From: an uncultured virus (IMG/VR IMGVR_UViG_3300010157_000038)
Lineage: Duplodnaviria > Heunggongvirae > Uroviricota > Caudoviricetes
Length of the DNA stretch: 57,386 bases
Virus record (IMG/VR): IMGVR_UViG_3300010157_000038
Strand: one strand, 5' to 3'
Positions within the stretch are counted from its first letter, which is position 1, and each line of letters begins with the position of its first letter. Under the pieces are notes generated by a model that made no database searches, had not been told where the DNA came from, and saw nothing but the letters and a program-made list of their open reading frames with translations. Position numbers and translations under genes: made by a program. This document shows positions 36,858-48,383 of this stretch, in pieces.

Positions 36858-38219
36858 ATGCCAGCAATCATTACAACTAACTTTAGAATCGAGAACGCAG
36901 TCAATTTCATTACTGACGTAGCGAACACCTCGAATGGCGTCTATCTGTTCATCGGAAAGTCTGACGCGTGGTCCAATAGTCTGTCTATCAGTTCGGACAG
37001 TGCGGCAGATACCCCAAGCGATAACATCGTTGATATCGACAAGGCTTGGACAAACATGATCGCTATGAAGCATATCACGTCATCAAACGTGATAAACCTC
37101 ACTCCACGAATTAACTGGACGTCTGGCACGACTTATGTGCCTTGGGATGACGTAGACACTACAATCTATTCAAAGTCTTTCTACATCATTACTGACGAAT
37201 TTAAGGTCTATAAGTGCATATTAGCTGGAGCTGGTGCATCTACTATCAAACCTACGCAGACCAATACTAATCCAACCGCCGAAGGTGACGGTTACACTTG
37301 GAAGTACATGTTCTCAATCAGTACGATTGATGCAAACAACTTCCTTACAAATACTTATGTTCCAGTCAAGACTGTAGTTATTCCTACAGGCGGTAGCATA
37401 GGAGACCTTACTGCTGACGATCAAACCAAATATAATATTCAGCAAAATTCGGCAGGCAACAATGGTAAGATCTACCGCGCTGTTGTGACGTCCGGTGGTA
37501 CTGGTTATTCTGCGAGTCCTACAATTACAATTAAAGGAGACGGCGCAGGAGCGACCGCTCAAGCGGTTGTTTCTGGTGGAGTGATCACCGCAATCAATGT
37601 TACTGCAAATGGTACGACTCCTTATCATAATGCTTACATAACAATTACTGACAGCACGGGATCTAGTGCCACGGCGAGAGCAGTACTCTCACCCTCTGGT
37701 GGTCATGGGACTGATCCAGTTCGTGAGCTCGGGGCCTTCTTTACAGGAGTCGAGGTAAGTTTACTATATGCAGATGGTTCTGGTAACTTCATCGTCAACA
37801 ACAGCTTCCGTCAAATTGGTATCATAAAGAACCCTTATGTGTATGGTACGAGCACAGTTGGTTCTGCAACAACTTATTCCACACTAAAAGCGCTACAATT
37901 AGATTCTGGTTCAGGTTTTACGACTGGTGACTATATCACGGGTGGTAGCTCAGGAACAAAGGCATTTATTGATTCCTATGACGGTGCTGCTAATATAATC
38001 AAATACCATCAAAATAATAAGACAGGCTATGGCAACTTTACTTTAGGAGAAGCTATAACTGGATTCACGAGTGGAACAGGTACGATTGCGGCTTCTGGTG
38101 GTCTTATAAATCCTCAAGTACAGCCTTACAGCGGTAAAATGCTTTTCCTTGAGAACCGCGCTCCAATCAATCGTTCAGCTTCGCAGATAGAGAATATCAA
38201 GTTAGTCATCGAATTTTAA
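36858..38219 (+). CDS. gp8: Baseplate wedge subunit
   Basis: YLFIGK, VYKC, DGYTWKYM, FRQIGIIKNP, ENRAPINR..Q.ENIKLVIEF. Confidence 0.92.
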   Translation: MPAIITTNFRIENAVNFITDVANTSNGVYLFIGKSDAWSNSLSISSDSAADTPSDNIVDIDKAWTNMIAMKHITSSNVINLTPRINWTSGTTYVPWDDVDTTIYSKSFYIITDEFKVYKCILAGAGASTIKPTQTNTNPTAEGDGYTWKYMFSISTIDANNFLTNTYVPVKTVVIPTGGSIGDLTADDQTKYNIQQNSAGNNGKIYRAVVTSGGTGYSASPTITIKGDGAGATAQAVVSGGVITAINVTANGTTPYHNAYITITDSTGSSATARAVLSPSGGHGTDPVRELGAFFTGVEVSLLYADGSGNFIVNNSFRQIGIIKNPYVYGTSTVGSATTYSTLKALQLDSGSGFTTGDYITGGSSGTKAFIDSYDGAANIIKYHQNNKTGYGNFTLGEAITGFTSGTGTIAASGGLINPQVQPYSGKMLFLENRAPINRSASQIENIKLVIEF

Positions 38220-38245
38220 TACTACTATAAAAATAGAATAATCAC

Positions 38246-41200
38246 ATGTCCATCAAGACCTATAACACTTCTCCTTATTATGATGACTTCGATAAATCGA
38301 AGAACTATCTGCGCGTGCTATTTCGTCCAGGTCGTGCTGTACAGGCTCGTGAATTAACCCAGATGCAGACTGCGATTCAGGCTCAACTGGATCGTTTTGG
38401 TAGTAACATATTCAAGGATGGTTCTCCAGTCGTAGGTGGTCAGGCTTCTTTAGATACTGCTTATTCATACATAAAGATTTATTCTAGTTTTACATACTCT
38501 GGATCAACCGTAGGTGGAATCACCAATGGAACTGCACTCATTTCTGATAACTACTACAGTGATCTCGTTGGATCAGTCATCACTGGACAAACTACAGGAA
38601 TTACGGCTAAAGTCGTAAATGCCGTTGCTGCAACTAATTCTGGAGATCCATTAACCATATTCGTTAAGTATACCTCGTCTGGAACAGATAACGTAGCAAA
38701 GGTATTTTCACCAGGAGAATACTTACTTTCTGACGGTTCGAATGGACAATCAGTTCGTTTAGTACAAGTAAAGAACTTATTAAGCGTAGATCCAACAAAT
38801 GGGGATGATATTCCTACTGGTTATGGCGCTAACGTGTCAGTCACTGAAGGCGCTTTCTTTATCTCGGGTAATTTTGCATACGCCGCGCCTCAGTCAATCA
38901 TTTTAAGTAAATACAGCAATAATCCAACGGCTAGGATTGTCTATAAGATCACTGAAGAGGTGGTCAGCTCAACTGAAGATATCACACTGTCGGACAATGC
39001 TTTAGGCGCACCAAACTTTGCCGCACCAGGCGCAGATCGCTACGCGATAAGTCTTCAACTGATCGTGCAACCAATAGCTTTTGCAGATCGTACAGAAGCT
39101 AACATCATTCAGCTTTTAGTCATTGTAAATGGTGTTGTAAACAGTCCTGCAAATAATCCTTACAGCGCTATTGGTGACACAATGGCCAAAAGAACCTTTG
39201 AAGAAGCAGGAAACTTTGTCGTCAATCCGTTCCTCTTAAACCTTCGTGAGTATTTAAACACCGGCACTAATGGTGGTTTACTAACTACTGACCAGATCAT
39301 TGCAAACGGAGACGCCGCAAGTACTAATGATGCGACCACGTTTGGTTCTGCAAAGGTCGCAGTCGGAATTGAAAAGTCAACGGCTTATGTTGATGGCTAT
39401 CGCATTGAATTAGTAGATACTAAGTACGTTTCACTAAATAAAGCTCGTGACGTTAGTTCGGCGCATGAATTATCTTTAATTGCTTCTGTAGGTAGCTTTG
39501 TAGCTATTACAAACATTATTGGTGTACCTGACATCAATACCTTTTCTAAGATAACTCTTAAGAATAACTCGTCAACTACAATTGGTTATGCGAGAGCGCG
39601 TTCACTCGAGTACGTAAGTGGAAGTGGAAGCGGCGCTATTTACAATCTATATCTGTTTGATTTACAGATGCTTTCAACGTATGCTTTCTCCTCAACGCAT
39701 ACATTTTATTGCTCTTACGGTACCGGTGCAGCTTTTCAAGCGACTGCAGTAGACTCGAGTCCACTATTAGCTGGTGGAAATAACTCGATGTTATTCCAGT
39801 TACCGCGCGCGGTGTGTAAATCGCTTCTCACTTCAGGATTATCTTATACATCTTATTCAGTTAAAAAGAGATATGACCCAAATCCAGCAGATGGATCTGG
39901 CAATGTAACATTAACTCCAATTGCCAATGAAATATTCTATTCAATCGATGAGAATGAATACGTTGTTGTTAAAAATTCAGACGGTAGCATCGTACCTCAA
40001 ACTGCAGTACCTACATTAACTTCTTCAGGCGGAGGTTCAGTAGTAACAGTTACGCTACATCTAGGCTCAGGCAATTCTGGTTTAAGCGTTCATATCATTG
40101 CACCATCGAGCAGATATTTAACTCAAAAAACAAAGACTCTTCAGACAGCACAACAGATTATATTAGATACTCCAAATGTGACCTCGGGTGGATATGACGC
40201 ATTGAATGTAACGGATCTAGTCAGTGTTTCAAATATATACATGTCTGCGAATAATTCGACAGACCCAACCACATCTGATACTGATGTTACAAACCGTTAT
40301 TATGTAGACAATGGCCAACGTGATAACTTCTATGATGTCGCAAGGATTCAATTAATACCAGGACAATCTGCACCAACTGGTAGACTCTTAGTGGTTTATA
40401 GTTATCTACAACATGGAGCGGGTGACTACTTCTCGGTCGATTCATACACCGGCGTAATCGATTACGTAAGTATTCCTTCTTTTCAATCGTCTCAGGGATT
40501 ATTACAGCTGAGAGATGTTCTTGATTTTCGTCCAACAAAAGATCTTTCAGGCGAATTTACTGGCGCTGGAGCTTCTGTAGGTGCAACAATCGTTCCTAAT
40601 ACGGCTGTAGTATTTGATATCCATTATTACTTACCGCGTATCGACAAGATATATGTAGATAAGAAAGGTAACTTTGCGATTACCCAAGGTGTATCAGCAG
40701 ATAAACCAGTCGCTCCATTAGATCCAGACGGATCGATGATACTTTATACCGTTAGAATAAATCCTTATACATTTAATGCAAAGGACGTATTACCTACAAT
40801 GATAGACAATCGTAGATACACGATGCGAGACATCGGTTCTATCGATAGTCGTTTAAAGAACGTAGAGTATTACACAGCGCTCTCACTGCTTGAAAATAGC
40901 ACAGCAGCGACTCAAATAATTGATCCTGCGACTGGAACACCTTACTATCAACACGGATTTGTAGTGGATTCCTTTACTGGATCTAGCGTAGGTAACGTAT
41001 CAAATCCTGATTATAGCGTCTCCATTGAGAATGCAGCAGGCGTTTGCCGTCCAAGCTTCTTCCAAGATAATGTAAAGTTACAATATAACTCATCATTATC
41101 AACTGGAATAATGAAGACTGGTCCTCTACTCACGATCCAGTACTATGAGACTGATTATATTAAGCAGCCTTATGCTTCAAATACTTTAAATGTAAATCCA

Positions 41201-44026
41201 TTTGATGTATTCAATTGGACCGGTACTCTTCAAATTTCTCCTGCGAGCGACGATTGGAAAGATACCGTTCAAGCTCCAGACGTAGTCATTAATGACAATG
41301 GTGCTTATGATAGTTTGGCTGCACAGATCAGTTCTTCTGCAGCTTTAGGAACCGTATGGAATGATTGGCAGACTACTTGGAGCGGTGTCACTTCTACTTC
41401 TATCTCGGATTCATTCGGATTAACTGGAACTGAAGCATTACTCTTAAAACAGTATGCAAATACGACAACAGTCACTACAACCAATACGACAAATCAGACA
41501 AGGACCGGTACACAGACTTCACTATCTTCTACTGTAAATAAACAAAGTTATGGTAATACTGTAGTTGACGTGAGTGTCATCCCATTCATTCGTTCGCGTA
41601 TTATTTTCTTCTGGGGCACGGGCTTAAAGCCAAATACCAAGTTGTATCCTTTCTTTGATTCAACTCCAGTGACGAGCTATTGCAGACAATTGACTCCAAC
41701 TGGTGGAACTACTTATACTGACAAATATAACTATTGGATAACACTGCAGTACAGCAATCTTACTACTTCTTCTTTAGTTTCTGGAACAGCAATTGGTTCT
41801 AGACCAATTACTGCAGCGAGCGGTAATACTGCAATCACTGGACCTTCAGATTTAATAACTGATAGCGCTGGCGACGTATTTGGTGCTTTCTTGATTCCTA
41901 ACAATGGAGTTTATCAGTTTAAGACTGGTACTCGTATATTCCGTCTCTGCGATTCAGTTACAAATACCTCAGATCTTGTTACAACTTCTGCTGAAGCGTC
42001 ATACGCCGCTCAAGGATTGCTTGATACTGTTTCAAACTTAATAGTTTCAACACAAGTACCAAAGGTCAATACAACACAAGTAACTGATACGAGAGTATTG
42101 ACAAATGTAACTAGTTCTCAAACAACAAGTAATGCAGTTACAAATACAGTCGCGCCAAGCTATCCAGCACCAACTCAAGGTACGACTGCTCCATTCACAT
42201 TAACGATTACTGGACCTGCTTTAACAACACCTACGAGCTCAAGCGCTCCTTCCACGTTTGTTGGTCCAGTGCTTCCTAGCGGTGTGGGTGGAGTGTCAGT
42301 CCCAGGTGCAACCCTCGGAGACGGAACTTCAACAACACTACCAACAACTCCAGTTACGGTAGGAGGTCCTACTCTGGTAGCTCCAATAGCCGTGGGTGGT
42401 GGCGGCGGAATGGCAATCATTCAACCTGGTGTGAGCAATCAAGTCTACTATCTTGATCCATTAGCACAAAGCTTCCTTGTAGATATGCAAGGCGGCATAA
42501 TGGCCACTTCAATCGATATTTACTTTCAAGCAAAAGATCCTTCACTTCCAGTCACTTTAAGCATTGTGACGATGGAAAATGGTTCTCCGACTGAGAAGAT
42601 CTTACCATTCTCAACAGTAACTCTACCTGCTTCTTCAATAAATGTATCATCTTACGCCGCCACAGCTACTACATTTAAGTTCAGCGCGCCAGTAATGTTA
42701 CTTCAAGGAGTAGAGTACGCATTTGTACTTCATTCAAATTCAAATCTTTATAAAGTCTGGATCTCTGAATTAGGTAACTACGATGTAACTAATACTACAT
42801 TCCGTATCACTGAACAACCTTATGCAGGCGTATTATTTGAGTCACAGAACTCTTCAACTTGGACTCCAAGTCAGACTTCAGACATTAAGTTCTTAATCCG
42901 TAGAGCTGCATTTAGCATGGACGGTGGTTCTGTAGTATTAAATGAATGTCCATTACCAACGGCTGCATTAATTGCGGATCCATTATATTTTACAAACTCT
43001 TCTAACATCGTTCGGGTATATCATTCAAATCATGGTATGTTTGTAGGATCCAGTGTAGTTCTTAGTGGAGTTGTAGCAAACAGCGGAAGTGCAGTTAATG
43101 GCATCCCAATAACTCAATTAAATAAAACTCTAACAGTAACTTCAGTAGAGATTGATAGCTATACGGTACAGACCACCGCTTCAGCTACCACTAAAGGAAG
43201 AGCTGGCGGTTCTGCAATACTAGCTACTGAAAATAAGACAATCGATGTAATGGATCCAATCATCCAAGACATCGTGATGCCTGATACAAACATTAATTGG
43301 TCTGCAAAATTGACTTCTGGTAAGTCGCTAGCTGGATCTGAAACTCCTTATGTGCTTTCAGATTACGTACCAGTAAAGGAAAACGATAATACCTTTATGA
43401 AGTATCCTCAGACGATCTTATCAACTGCTGAAGTTGGAAATGTATCAGACCGTAATGGATATAGCTTCTATCTAAAGGCAGCAATGACTACGAAGAGGAA
43501 TAATATCTCCCCAATCATTGATCTCGATAGAGCGTCATTGGTGACAGTAGCTCATCGTATCGATAATCCATCTAATACAAATCCAGCTCCTGTTGGCTAT
43601 AACTATGTTACTGGATATCTTCCAGATAGTTCAGCTATCGGCGGATCAGCATTATCAAAGTATCTAACAAAACAGATTACTCTAGATAATCCAGCTGAAA
43701 GCTTGACGATCATCATGGGAGTAAATCAGCCTTCCGGCTCATACATCTCAGTATACTTTAAGATTCCAAATCCTTCGCAATTAGACACCTCATTTGATTC
43801 AATACCTTGGACTCTCGCAAATCCAGATAAATCAATACCAGTATCTGATGATCCTAATGTATATAAAGAGGTAACATACACCGTGAATGCTGCAGATATT
43901 CAAGCTTCGGTGAATGCAAATTCTGCTGTTTACTTTAGCTCCTTTGCTATAAAAGTAGTATTCTATTCACAAAACTCCTCACAAGTTCCAACGATTAAGA
44001 ACTTCAGAGCGATAGCACTATCTTAA
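38246..44026 (+). CDS. Large virion structural protein (VrlC/DUF4815-like)
   Basis: SPYYDDF..YLRVLFRPG.AVQARELTQ, APGADR, RYTMRDIG, DPLAQSF. Confidence 0.88.
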   Translation: MSIKTYNTSPYYDDFDKSKNYLRVLFRPGRAVQARELTQMQTAIQAQLDRFGSNIFKDGSPVVGGQASLDTAYSYIKIYSSFTYSGSTVGGITNGTALISDNYYSDLVGSVITGQTTGITAKVVNAVAATNSGDPLTIFVKYTSSGTDNVAKVFSPGEYLLSDGSNGQSVRLVQVKNLLSVDPTNGDDIPTGYGANVSVTEGAFFISGNFAYAAPQSIILSKYSNNPTARIVYKITEEVVSSTEDITLSDNALGAPNFAAPGADRYAISLQLIVQPIAFADRTEANIIQLLVIVNGVVNSPANNPYSAIGDTMAKRTFEEAGNFVVNPFLLNLREYLNTGTNGGLLTTDQIIANGDAASTNDATTFGSAKVAVGIEKSTAYVDGYRIELVDTKYVSLNKARDVSSAHELSLIASVGSFVAITNIIGVPDINTFSKITLKNNSSTTIGYARARSLEYVSGSGSGAIYNLYLFDLQMLSTYAFSSTHTFYCSYGTGAAFQATAVDSSPLLAGGNNSMLFQLPRAVCKSLLTSGLSYTSYSVKKRYDPNPADGSGNVTLTPIANEIFYSIDENEYVVVKNSDGSIVPQTAVPTLTSSGGGSVVTVTLHLGSGNSGLSVHIIAPSSRYLTQKTKTLQTAQQIILDTPNVTSGGYDALNVTDLVSVSNIYMSANNSTDPTTSDTDVTNRYYVDNGQRDNFYDVARIQLIPGQSAPTGRLLVVYSYLQHGAGDYFSVDSYTGVIDYVSIPSFQSSQGLLQLRDVLDFRPTKDLSGEFTGAGASVGATIVPNTAVVFDIHYYLPRIDKIYVDKKGNFAITQGVSADKPVAPLDPDGSMILYTVRINPYTFNAKDVLPTMIDNRRYTMRDIGSIDSRLKNVEYYTALSLLENSTAATQIIDPATGTPYYQHGFVVDSFTGSSVGNVSNPDYSVSIENAAGVCRPSFFQDNVKLQYNSSLSTGIMKTGPLLTIQYYETDYIKQPYASNTLNVNPFDVFNWTGTLQISPASDDWKDTVQAPDVVINDNGAYDSLAAQISSSAALGTVWNDWQTTWSGVTSTSISDSFGLTGTEALLLKQYANTTTVTTTNTTNQTRTGTQTSLSSTVNKQSYGNTVVDVSVIPFIRSRIIFFWGTGLKPNTKLYPFFDSTPVTSYCRQLTPTGGTTYTDKYNYWITLQYSNLTTSSLVSGTAIGSRPITAASGNTAITGPSDLITDSAGDVFGAFLIPNNGVYQFKTGTRIFRLCDSVTNTSDLVTTSAEASYAAQGLLDTVSNLIVSTQVPKVNTTQVTDTRVLTNVTSSQTTSNAVTNTVAPSYPAPTQGTTAPFTLTITGPALTTPTSSSAPSTFVGPVLPSGVGGVSVPGATLGDGTSTTLPTTPVTVGGPTLVAPIAVGGGGGMAIIQPGVSNQVYYLDPLAQSFLVDMQGGIMATSIDIYFQAKDPSLPVTLSIVTMENGSPTEKILPFSTVTLPASSINVSSYAATATTFKFSAPVMLLQGVEYAFVLHSNSNLYKVWISELGNYDVTNTTFRITEQPYAGVLFESQNSSTWTPSQTSDIKFLIRRAAFSMDGGSVVLNECPLPTAALIADPLYFTNSSNIVRVYHSNHGMFVGSSVVLSGVVANSGSAVNGIPITQLNKTLTVTSVEIDSYTVQTTASATTKGRAGGSAILATENKTIDVMDPIIQDIVMPDTNINWSAKLTSGKSLAGSETPYVLSDYVPVKENDNTFMKYPQTILSTAEVGNVSDRNGYSFYLKAAMTTKRNNISPIIDLDRASLVTVAHRIDNPSNTNPAPVGYNYVTGYLPDSSAIGGSALSKYLTKQITLDNPAESLTIIMGVNQPSGSYISVYFKIPNPSQLDTSFDSIPWTLANPDKSIPVSDDPNVYKEVTYTVNAADIQASVNANSAVYFSSFAIKVVFYSQNSSQVPTIKNFRAIALS

Positions 44027-44053
44027 TAATATTAATAATAATATATAAACGTC

Positions 44054-44299
44054 ATGGCTACACCAATAGTACAAAAAGTTCAAAGTCATCCTCATCTCGT
44101 AAGAGATGATGCTTCTAAGGCTATCATTAATAAAAATACTACTGATTACCATCGTCGTCATCACTTTAAAAAGCATCATAAGAAAAAAGAAGAAGAACTT
44201 GCAGCATTAAAGGCTGATGTGGCTTTACTCAAAAAGCAAGTAGCTGATCTTCTCGCAAAAGCAAATCCTGCTCCTATCACACCTACACCTAGCTCATAA
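44054..44299 (+). CDS. Small conserved protein with His/Lys-rich patch and coiled coil
   Basis: LVRD..SKAIIN motif. Confidence 0.7.
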   Translation: MATPIVQKVQSHPHLVRDDASKAIINKNTTDYHRRHHFKKHHKKKEEELAALKADVALLKKQVADLLAKANPAPITPTPSS

Positions 44300-44304
44300 T
44301 CTAT

Positions 44305-47295
44305 ATGTCACTCATAGTCACAAATCGTTCTGATAATTTCGAAGCTTGGAGAGTAAACACCAATCAACTTGGTGCAAACGTAGGCGATTTAGCCACTCTT
44401 GCTTCAGGTATATCTTCTAGTTCTTCGGTGGTCGGTGCAGCTAATACTATCATGGGATATATTGGCACCTCGGCATTTACTACTTCTGCGAGTGACGTAA
44501 AGACGGCAATTAATCAGATTACCGATGGAGTATCTATATTTCATGGAAATAAGACATTTGCAAACAATCTTAGTGTACAAGGTATACTTGGTTCTACTGG
44601 AAATTTCTCAGTAGGTTCGAGCCAACTTACGGTTGATGCATCAACAGGCGATGTTCTTGTTGCGGGAACTTTAGGAGTGACTGGCGTAGGTACATTCACT
44701 GCAGGCATAACGGCAGATGGTTTAGCTATTGGCACGACGAGTAACACGATTGCAGTAAATGGATCTGGTAGTCTTTATTTGGCCGCTGGTACCGGTGGAT
44801 CTATCAGTATGGGATCTCCAGTAGTAGTTCCTGCTTCAGGTACCACCACAACTCCAGTCATCTCATTAACGAACACTGCGTCGTATCCATCTACTCCAAA
44901 TCGTTTTACTATCGACGCAAATGGAAATGTAGCGATCGTTGGAAATCTATCAGTTTCAGGAACAACCACTCTTACAAGCACAAACTATACGCCTGCTTGG
45001 TCTTCTATTACAGGAAAATCATACTATGGTGTAATGAGTGATGGTACTAACACTGCTAGTCCAATAACAAACGATGTAACTGGAGATACATTTAAATTCC
45101 GTGGATCAAACGGAGTAACAACTACTATTGCAAACAACGATGGTACGTATGGAGATAATCTACTGATTAGTCTCTCAGGAGTACCAAATTCGGTACTTTC
45201 AAATAGCTCATTGACGGTTTCTGCAGGCACCGGCTTAAGCGGCGGTGGCGCAGTGTCTTTAGGTGGTACAGTAACTTTAAGTAACGCAGGCGTAACATCA
45301 AACGTTGCAGGAACTGGTATCAGTGTTAGCGGTGCGACTGGTGCGGTAACAATTGCAAACACTGGAGTATTATCTTTAGGACACGGAAATGGTATCTCAT
45401 TAAGCGGTTCAACTGGAGCAGTGACAATCACAAATAGTGATCTAGGTTCATCACAGAATATCTTTAAGAATGTGGCAGTGTCTGGACAAACAACTCAGGT
45501 TGCAACAATCAATAATGATACTATAACATTAGTCGCAGGGACCGTATCTGCGACACCTGGCATCAGTATCACCACTCCTTCGAGTGGTCCAAGCCAAGTC
45601 ACAATCTCACACGCCACGACCACTGCAATAGCTGGAACAAGCACAAACTCAGGCGGTAATGTAATTCAGAATTTGACCTTAGATGCTTATGGTCACGTAA
45701 CGGCAATAGCTGCTGCAGCACCAACGACTTACATAGGTACTACTGGAGTTGCTCTTGGAAGAGCTTCAAACTCATTAGCGTTAAACGGTATACTCTCAGT
45801 AACACTGCCTGGCTCAACCTCAGGTTCAATACAACTCGTACCTACCGCTGTTGCAGGAACTGGCACCGTCATTACGATTCCAGCCACGACTGGAACTCTT
45901 GTGACAACTGGCGATACCAGCACTGTAAGCAGTGCAATGTTAGCTGGATCAATTGCTAACTCAAAACTATTAAATAGTTCTCTGACTCTTGGATCAACGA
46001 ACGTGTCTTTAGGCGGTACTGCATCTTCATTGAGCGGTCTTACTTCTATCCAAGCCACAACATTCACTGGAAATCTTGTAGGAAATGCGTCATCTGCTTC
46101 TAATTGGGCGAGCTCAAGGACGGTTTCCTTTACTGGTGGAGATGCGACAGGTAGTTTCAGCATCGATGGATCAACTAATGTTGGATCGGTAGCTCTAACT
46201 TTACAGTCAGTAAATAGCAATATTGGTACGTACGGTTCAACCACGACTGTACCTGTCATTAATGTTGATGGTAAAGGAAGAATTTTAAGTGTTTCAAGCG
46301 CAACTATTAGTGGCGGCGGTGGCGGTGGTACACAAGGCGTACAAGGTATTCAAGGCATTCAAGGTACGCAAGGCACAGCAGGTGCAGGAACTCAAGGTAC
46401 GCAAGGAGCTCAAGGTATCCAAGGTACAACTGGTTCAGGCACTCAAGGCGCTCAAGGAACAAGCGCGGCTGGTACTCAAGGTACTCAAGGTGCGATAGGT
46501 GCAGGCACTCAGGGTACCCAAGGTAGACAAGGCATCACTGGCTCTCAAGGTACAACTGGAACTGGTACTCAAGGTACTCAAGGAACCGCTGGCCCAAGCG
46601 CAAATCAATTATTAAATACGACGAGTGCTCCTACCTTTGATACGGTGAATCTTACGAGTAGCGGTGGCGGTTCTTCAGTAAGTTTGACGAGTGGAGGCTT
46701 AGCTTGGCTACAATCCGGTATCGTAGGACCTGCAGTAATTTACACGAATGGATATAATCAAGGTGGTAGTACTAATTATGGTCTTGGATTAACTGATTTA
46801 TCTTATGGTCAAGGCGCAAAGACTTGGTTATACGGAAATGGAGACGCAAGTTTTGGCGGTGCTTTATCAAAGGCGTCTGGTTCATTTAAGATCAATCATC
46901 CATTACCAGCGCTGTCCAAGACTAATTATCTCTATCACTCATTTATTGAAGGTCCATACTGTGACTTGATCTATCGTGGAACTGCAGTTCTTTCTGCAGG
47001 AACGACATCGGTCAATATCGATTCACACTTTGGAATGACTAGTGGTACATTTGCGGCGCTTTGTAAAAACTGTCAAGTGTTTGTGACAAATCAGACCGAT
47101 TGGTCAGGAGTAAGAGGTTCAGTATCTGGAAGTACTTTGACGATTAGCTGTCAAGACAGTAATGCAACTTCTACGGTTAATTGGATGGTCGTAGGTGAAC
47201 GTAATGATCCTCATATCATTGATACTGATTGGACAGATCATAACGGGCGTCCTATACTTGAGCCAAAGATACCGATCGATCCAAAGATCGCTTAA
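44305..47295 (+). CDS. Tail fibre-like protein with short collagen-like segment
   Basis: DNFEAWRVNTN start, G/S/T-rich shaft, GxQ repeats ~46326-46590, C-terminal SKASGSFKINHP..LYHSFIEGP. Confidence 0.8.
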   Translation: MSLIVTNRSDNFEAWRVNTNQLGANVGDLATLASGISSSSSVVGAANTIMGYIGTSAFTTSASDVKTAINQITDGVSIFHGNKTFANNLSVQGILGSTGNFSVGSSQLTVDASTGDVLVAGTLGVTGVGTFTAGITADGLAIGTTSNTIAVNGSGSLYLAAGTGGSISMGSPVVVPASGTTTTPVISLTNTASYPSTPNRFTIDANGNVAIVGNLSVSGTTTLTSTNYTPAWSSITGKSYYGVMSDGTNTASPITNDVTGDTFKFRGSNGVTTTIANNDGTYGDNLLISLSGVPNSVLSNSSLTVSAGTGLSGGGAVSLGGTVTLSNAGVTSNVAGTGISVSGATGAVTIANTGVLSLGHGNGISLSGSTGAVTITNSDLGSSQNIFKNVAVSGQTTQVATINNDTITLVAGTVSATPGISITTPSSGPSQVTISHATTTAIAGTSTNSGGNVIQNLTLDAYGHVTAIAAAAPTTYIGTTGVALGRASNSLALNGILSVTLPGSTSGSIQLVPTAVAGTGTVITIPATTGTLVTTGDTSTVSSAMLAGSIANSKLLNSSLTLGSTNVSLGGTASSLSGLTSIQATTFTGNLVGNASSASNWASSRTVSFTGGDATGSFSIDGSTNVGSVALTLQSVNSNIGTYGSTTTVPVINVDGKGRILSVSSATISGGGGGGTQGVQGIQGIQGTQGTAGAGTQGTQGAQGIQGTTGSGTQGAQGTSAAGTQGTQGAIGAGTQGTQGRQGITGSQGTTGTGTQGTQGTAGPSANQLLNTTSAPTFDTVNLTSSGGGSSVSLTSGGLAWLQSGIVGPAVIYTNGYNQGGSTNYGLGLTDLSYGQGAKTWLYGNGDASFGGALSKASGSFKINHPLPALSKTNYLYHSFIEGPYCDLIYRGTAVLSAGTTSVNIDSHFGMTSGTFAALCKNCQVFVTNQTDWSGVRGSVSGSTLTISCQDSNATSTVNWMVVGERNDPHIIDTDWTDHNGRPILEPKIPIDPKIA

Positions 47296-47390
47296 TTGAT
47301 AAAAAAAGTTTATTTCGTAATTTACTTCTTATAAGGAAGTGAATATATAGTAATGTACTCGTATAAGACACTACTTTATTATAATATACT

Positions 47391-48383
47391 ATGAATAATT
47401 TCGTAAAAGCTGCAATTCAAGCAGGTGGTTCAATCAAGCCCCTGATTATTCCTTCGGAACTCACTGGCGGTACTGGTCTCATGAATCCTTCCGTTCTAAA
47501 TGATAACGGAAAGATTCTTGTAAACATCCGTCATGTAAATTATACCTTCTATCATTCAGAGAATAAGGTATTCTTACATCCTTGGGGTCCATTGACGTAC
47601 TTACACCCTGAGAATGACTTAAAGCTACGTACGACTAACTGGTACTGTGAGATGGACGACCAGTTAAACATCACTCGTTACAATAAGATCGATATGAGCT
47701 TTGGAGATACGTATGAGCCAAAGTGGGAGTTTATTGGTTGTGAGGACGTTCGCTTAATGCGTTGGGAAGGAAAGCTTTATATCGCTGGAGTTCGCCGTGA
47801 TACAACTACGAATGGCCAAGGTCGTATGGAACTCTCCGAGATCGTAGTCACTCCTGATGCAGTCAAGGAAGTATCACGCTTTCGTATTCCTACACCAAAA
47901 GATCCAAACGCTTACTGTGAAAAGAATTGGATGCCTATTCTTGACATGCCTTATCACTTTATTAAGTGGTGTACTCCTACAGAAGTAGTTAGGGCAAATC
48001 TTGACACTAGAACTTCTACGACAGTCGTGATGCAAGACACGGATCCTAAAGTGCGTAGAGATCTTCGTGGCGGTACACAGCTTATACCTATGGGCAATGG
48101 CTATCACATGGCGATTACTCATGAGGTTGACTTATTTAAGTCTGAAGTAGGTAGAAAAGATGCAGTATATCACCATCGCTTTATCATTTGGGACGATAAG
48201 TGGAATATAGTAAAGTCATCAAAGGATTTCTTCTTCATGCACGCGCATGTCGAGTTTGCTATCGGCATGTGTCATTATAATGAGTCGGACGTCTTAATTA
48301 CTTTTGGCTTCCAAGATAATGCCGCATATATACTTCGTTGTCCTATCAAAGTCATAATGGATTTTATAAATGAAAATAATTGA
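47391..48383 (+). CDS. Beta-propeller glycosidase/phosphorylase-like protein
   Basis: MNPSV, GCEDVRL, CEKNWMP, LRGGT, FGFQD. Confidence 0.65.
   Translation: MNNFVKAAIQAGGSIKPLIIPSELTGGTGLMNPSVLNDNGKILVNIRHVNYTFYHSENKVFLHPWGPLTYLHPENDLKLRTTNWYCEMDDQLNITRYNKIDMSFGDTYEPKWEFIGCEDVRLMRWEGKLYIAGVRRDTTTNGQGRMELSEIVVTPDAVKEVSRFRIPTPKDPNAYCEKNWMPILDMPYHFIKWCTPTEVVRANLDTRTSTTVVMQDTDPKVRRDLRGGTQLIPMGNGYHMAITHEVDLFKSEVGRKDAVYHHRFIIWDDKWNIVKSSKDFFFMHAHVEFAIGMCHYNESDVLITFGFQDNAAYILRCPIKVIMDFINENN

Noticed and set aside
44541..46259. Antisense V/P/T-rich ORFs
   Set aside because: Shadows of the G/T/S-rich fibre gene
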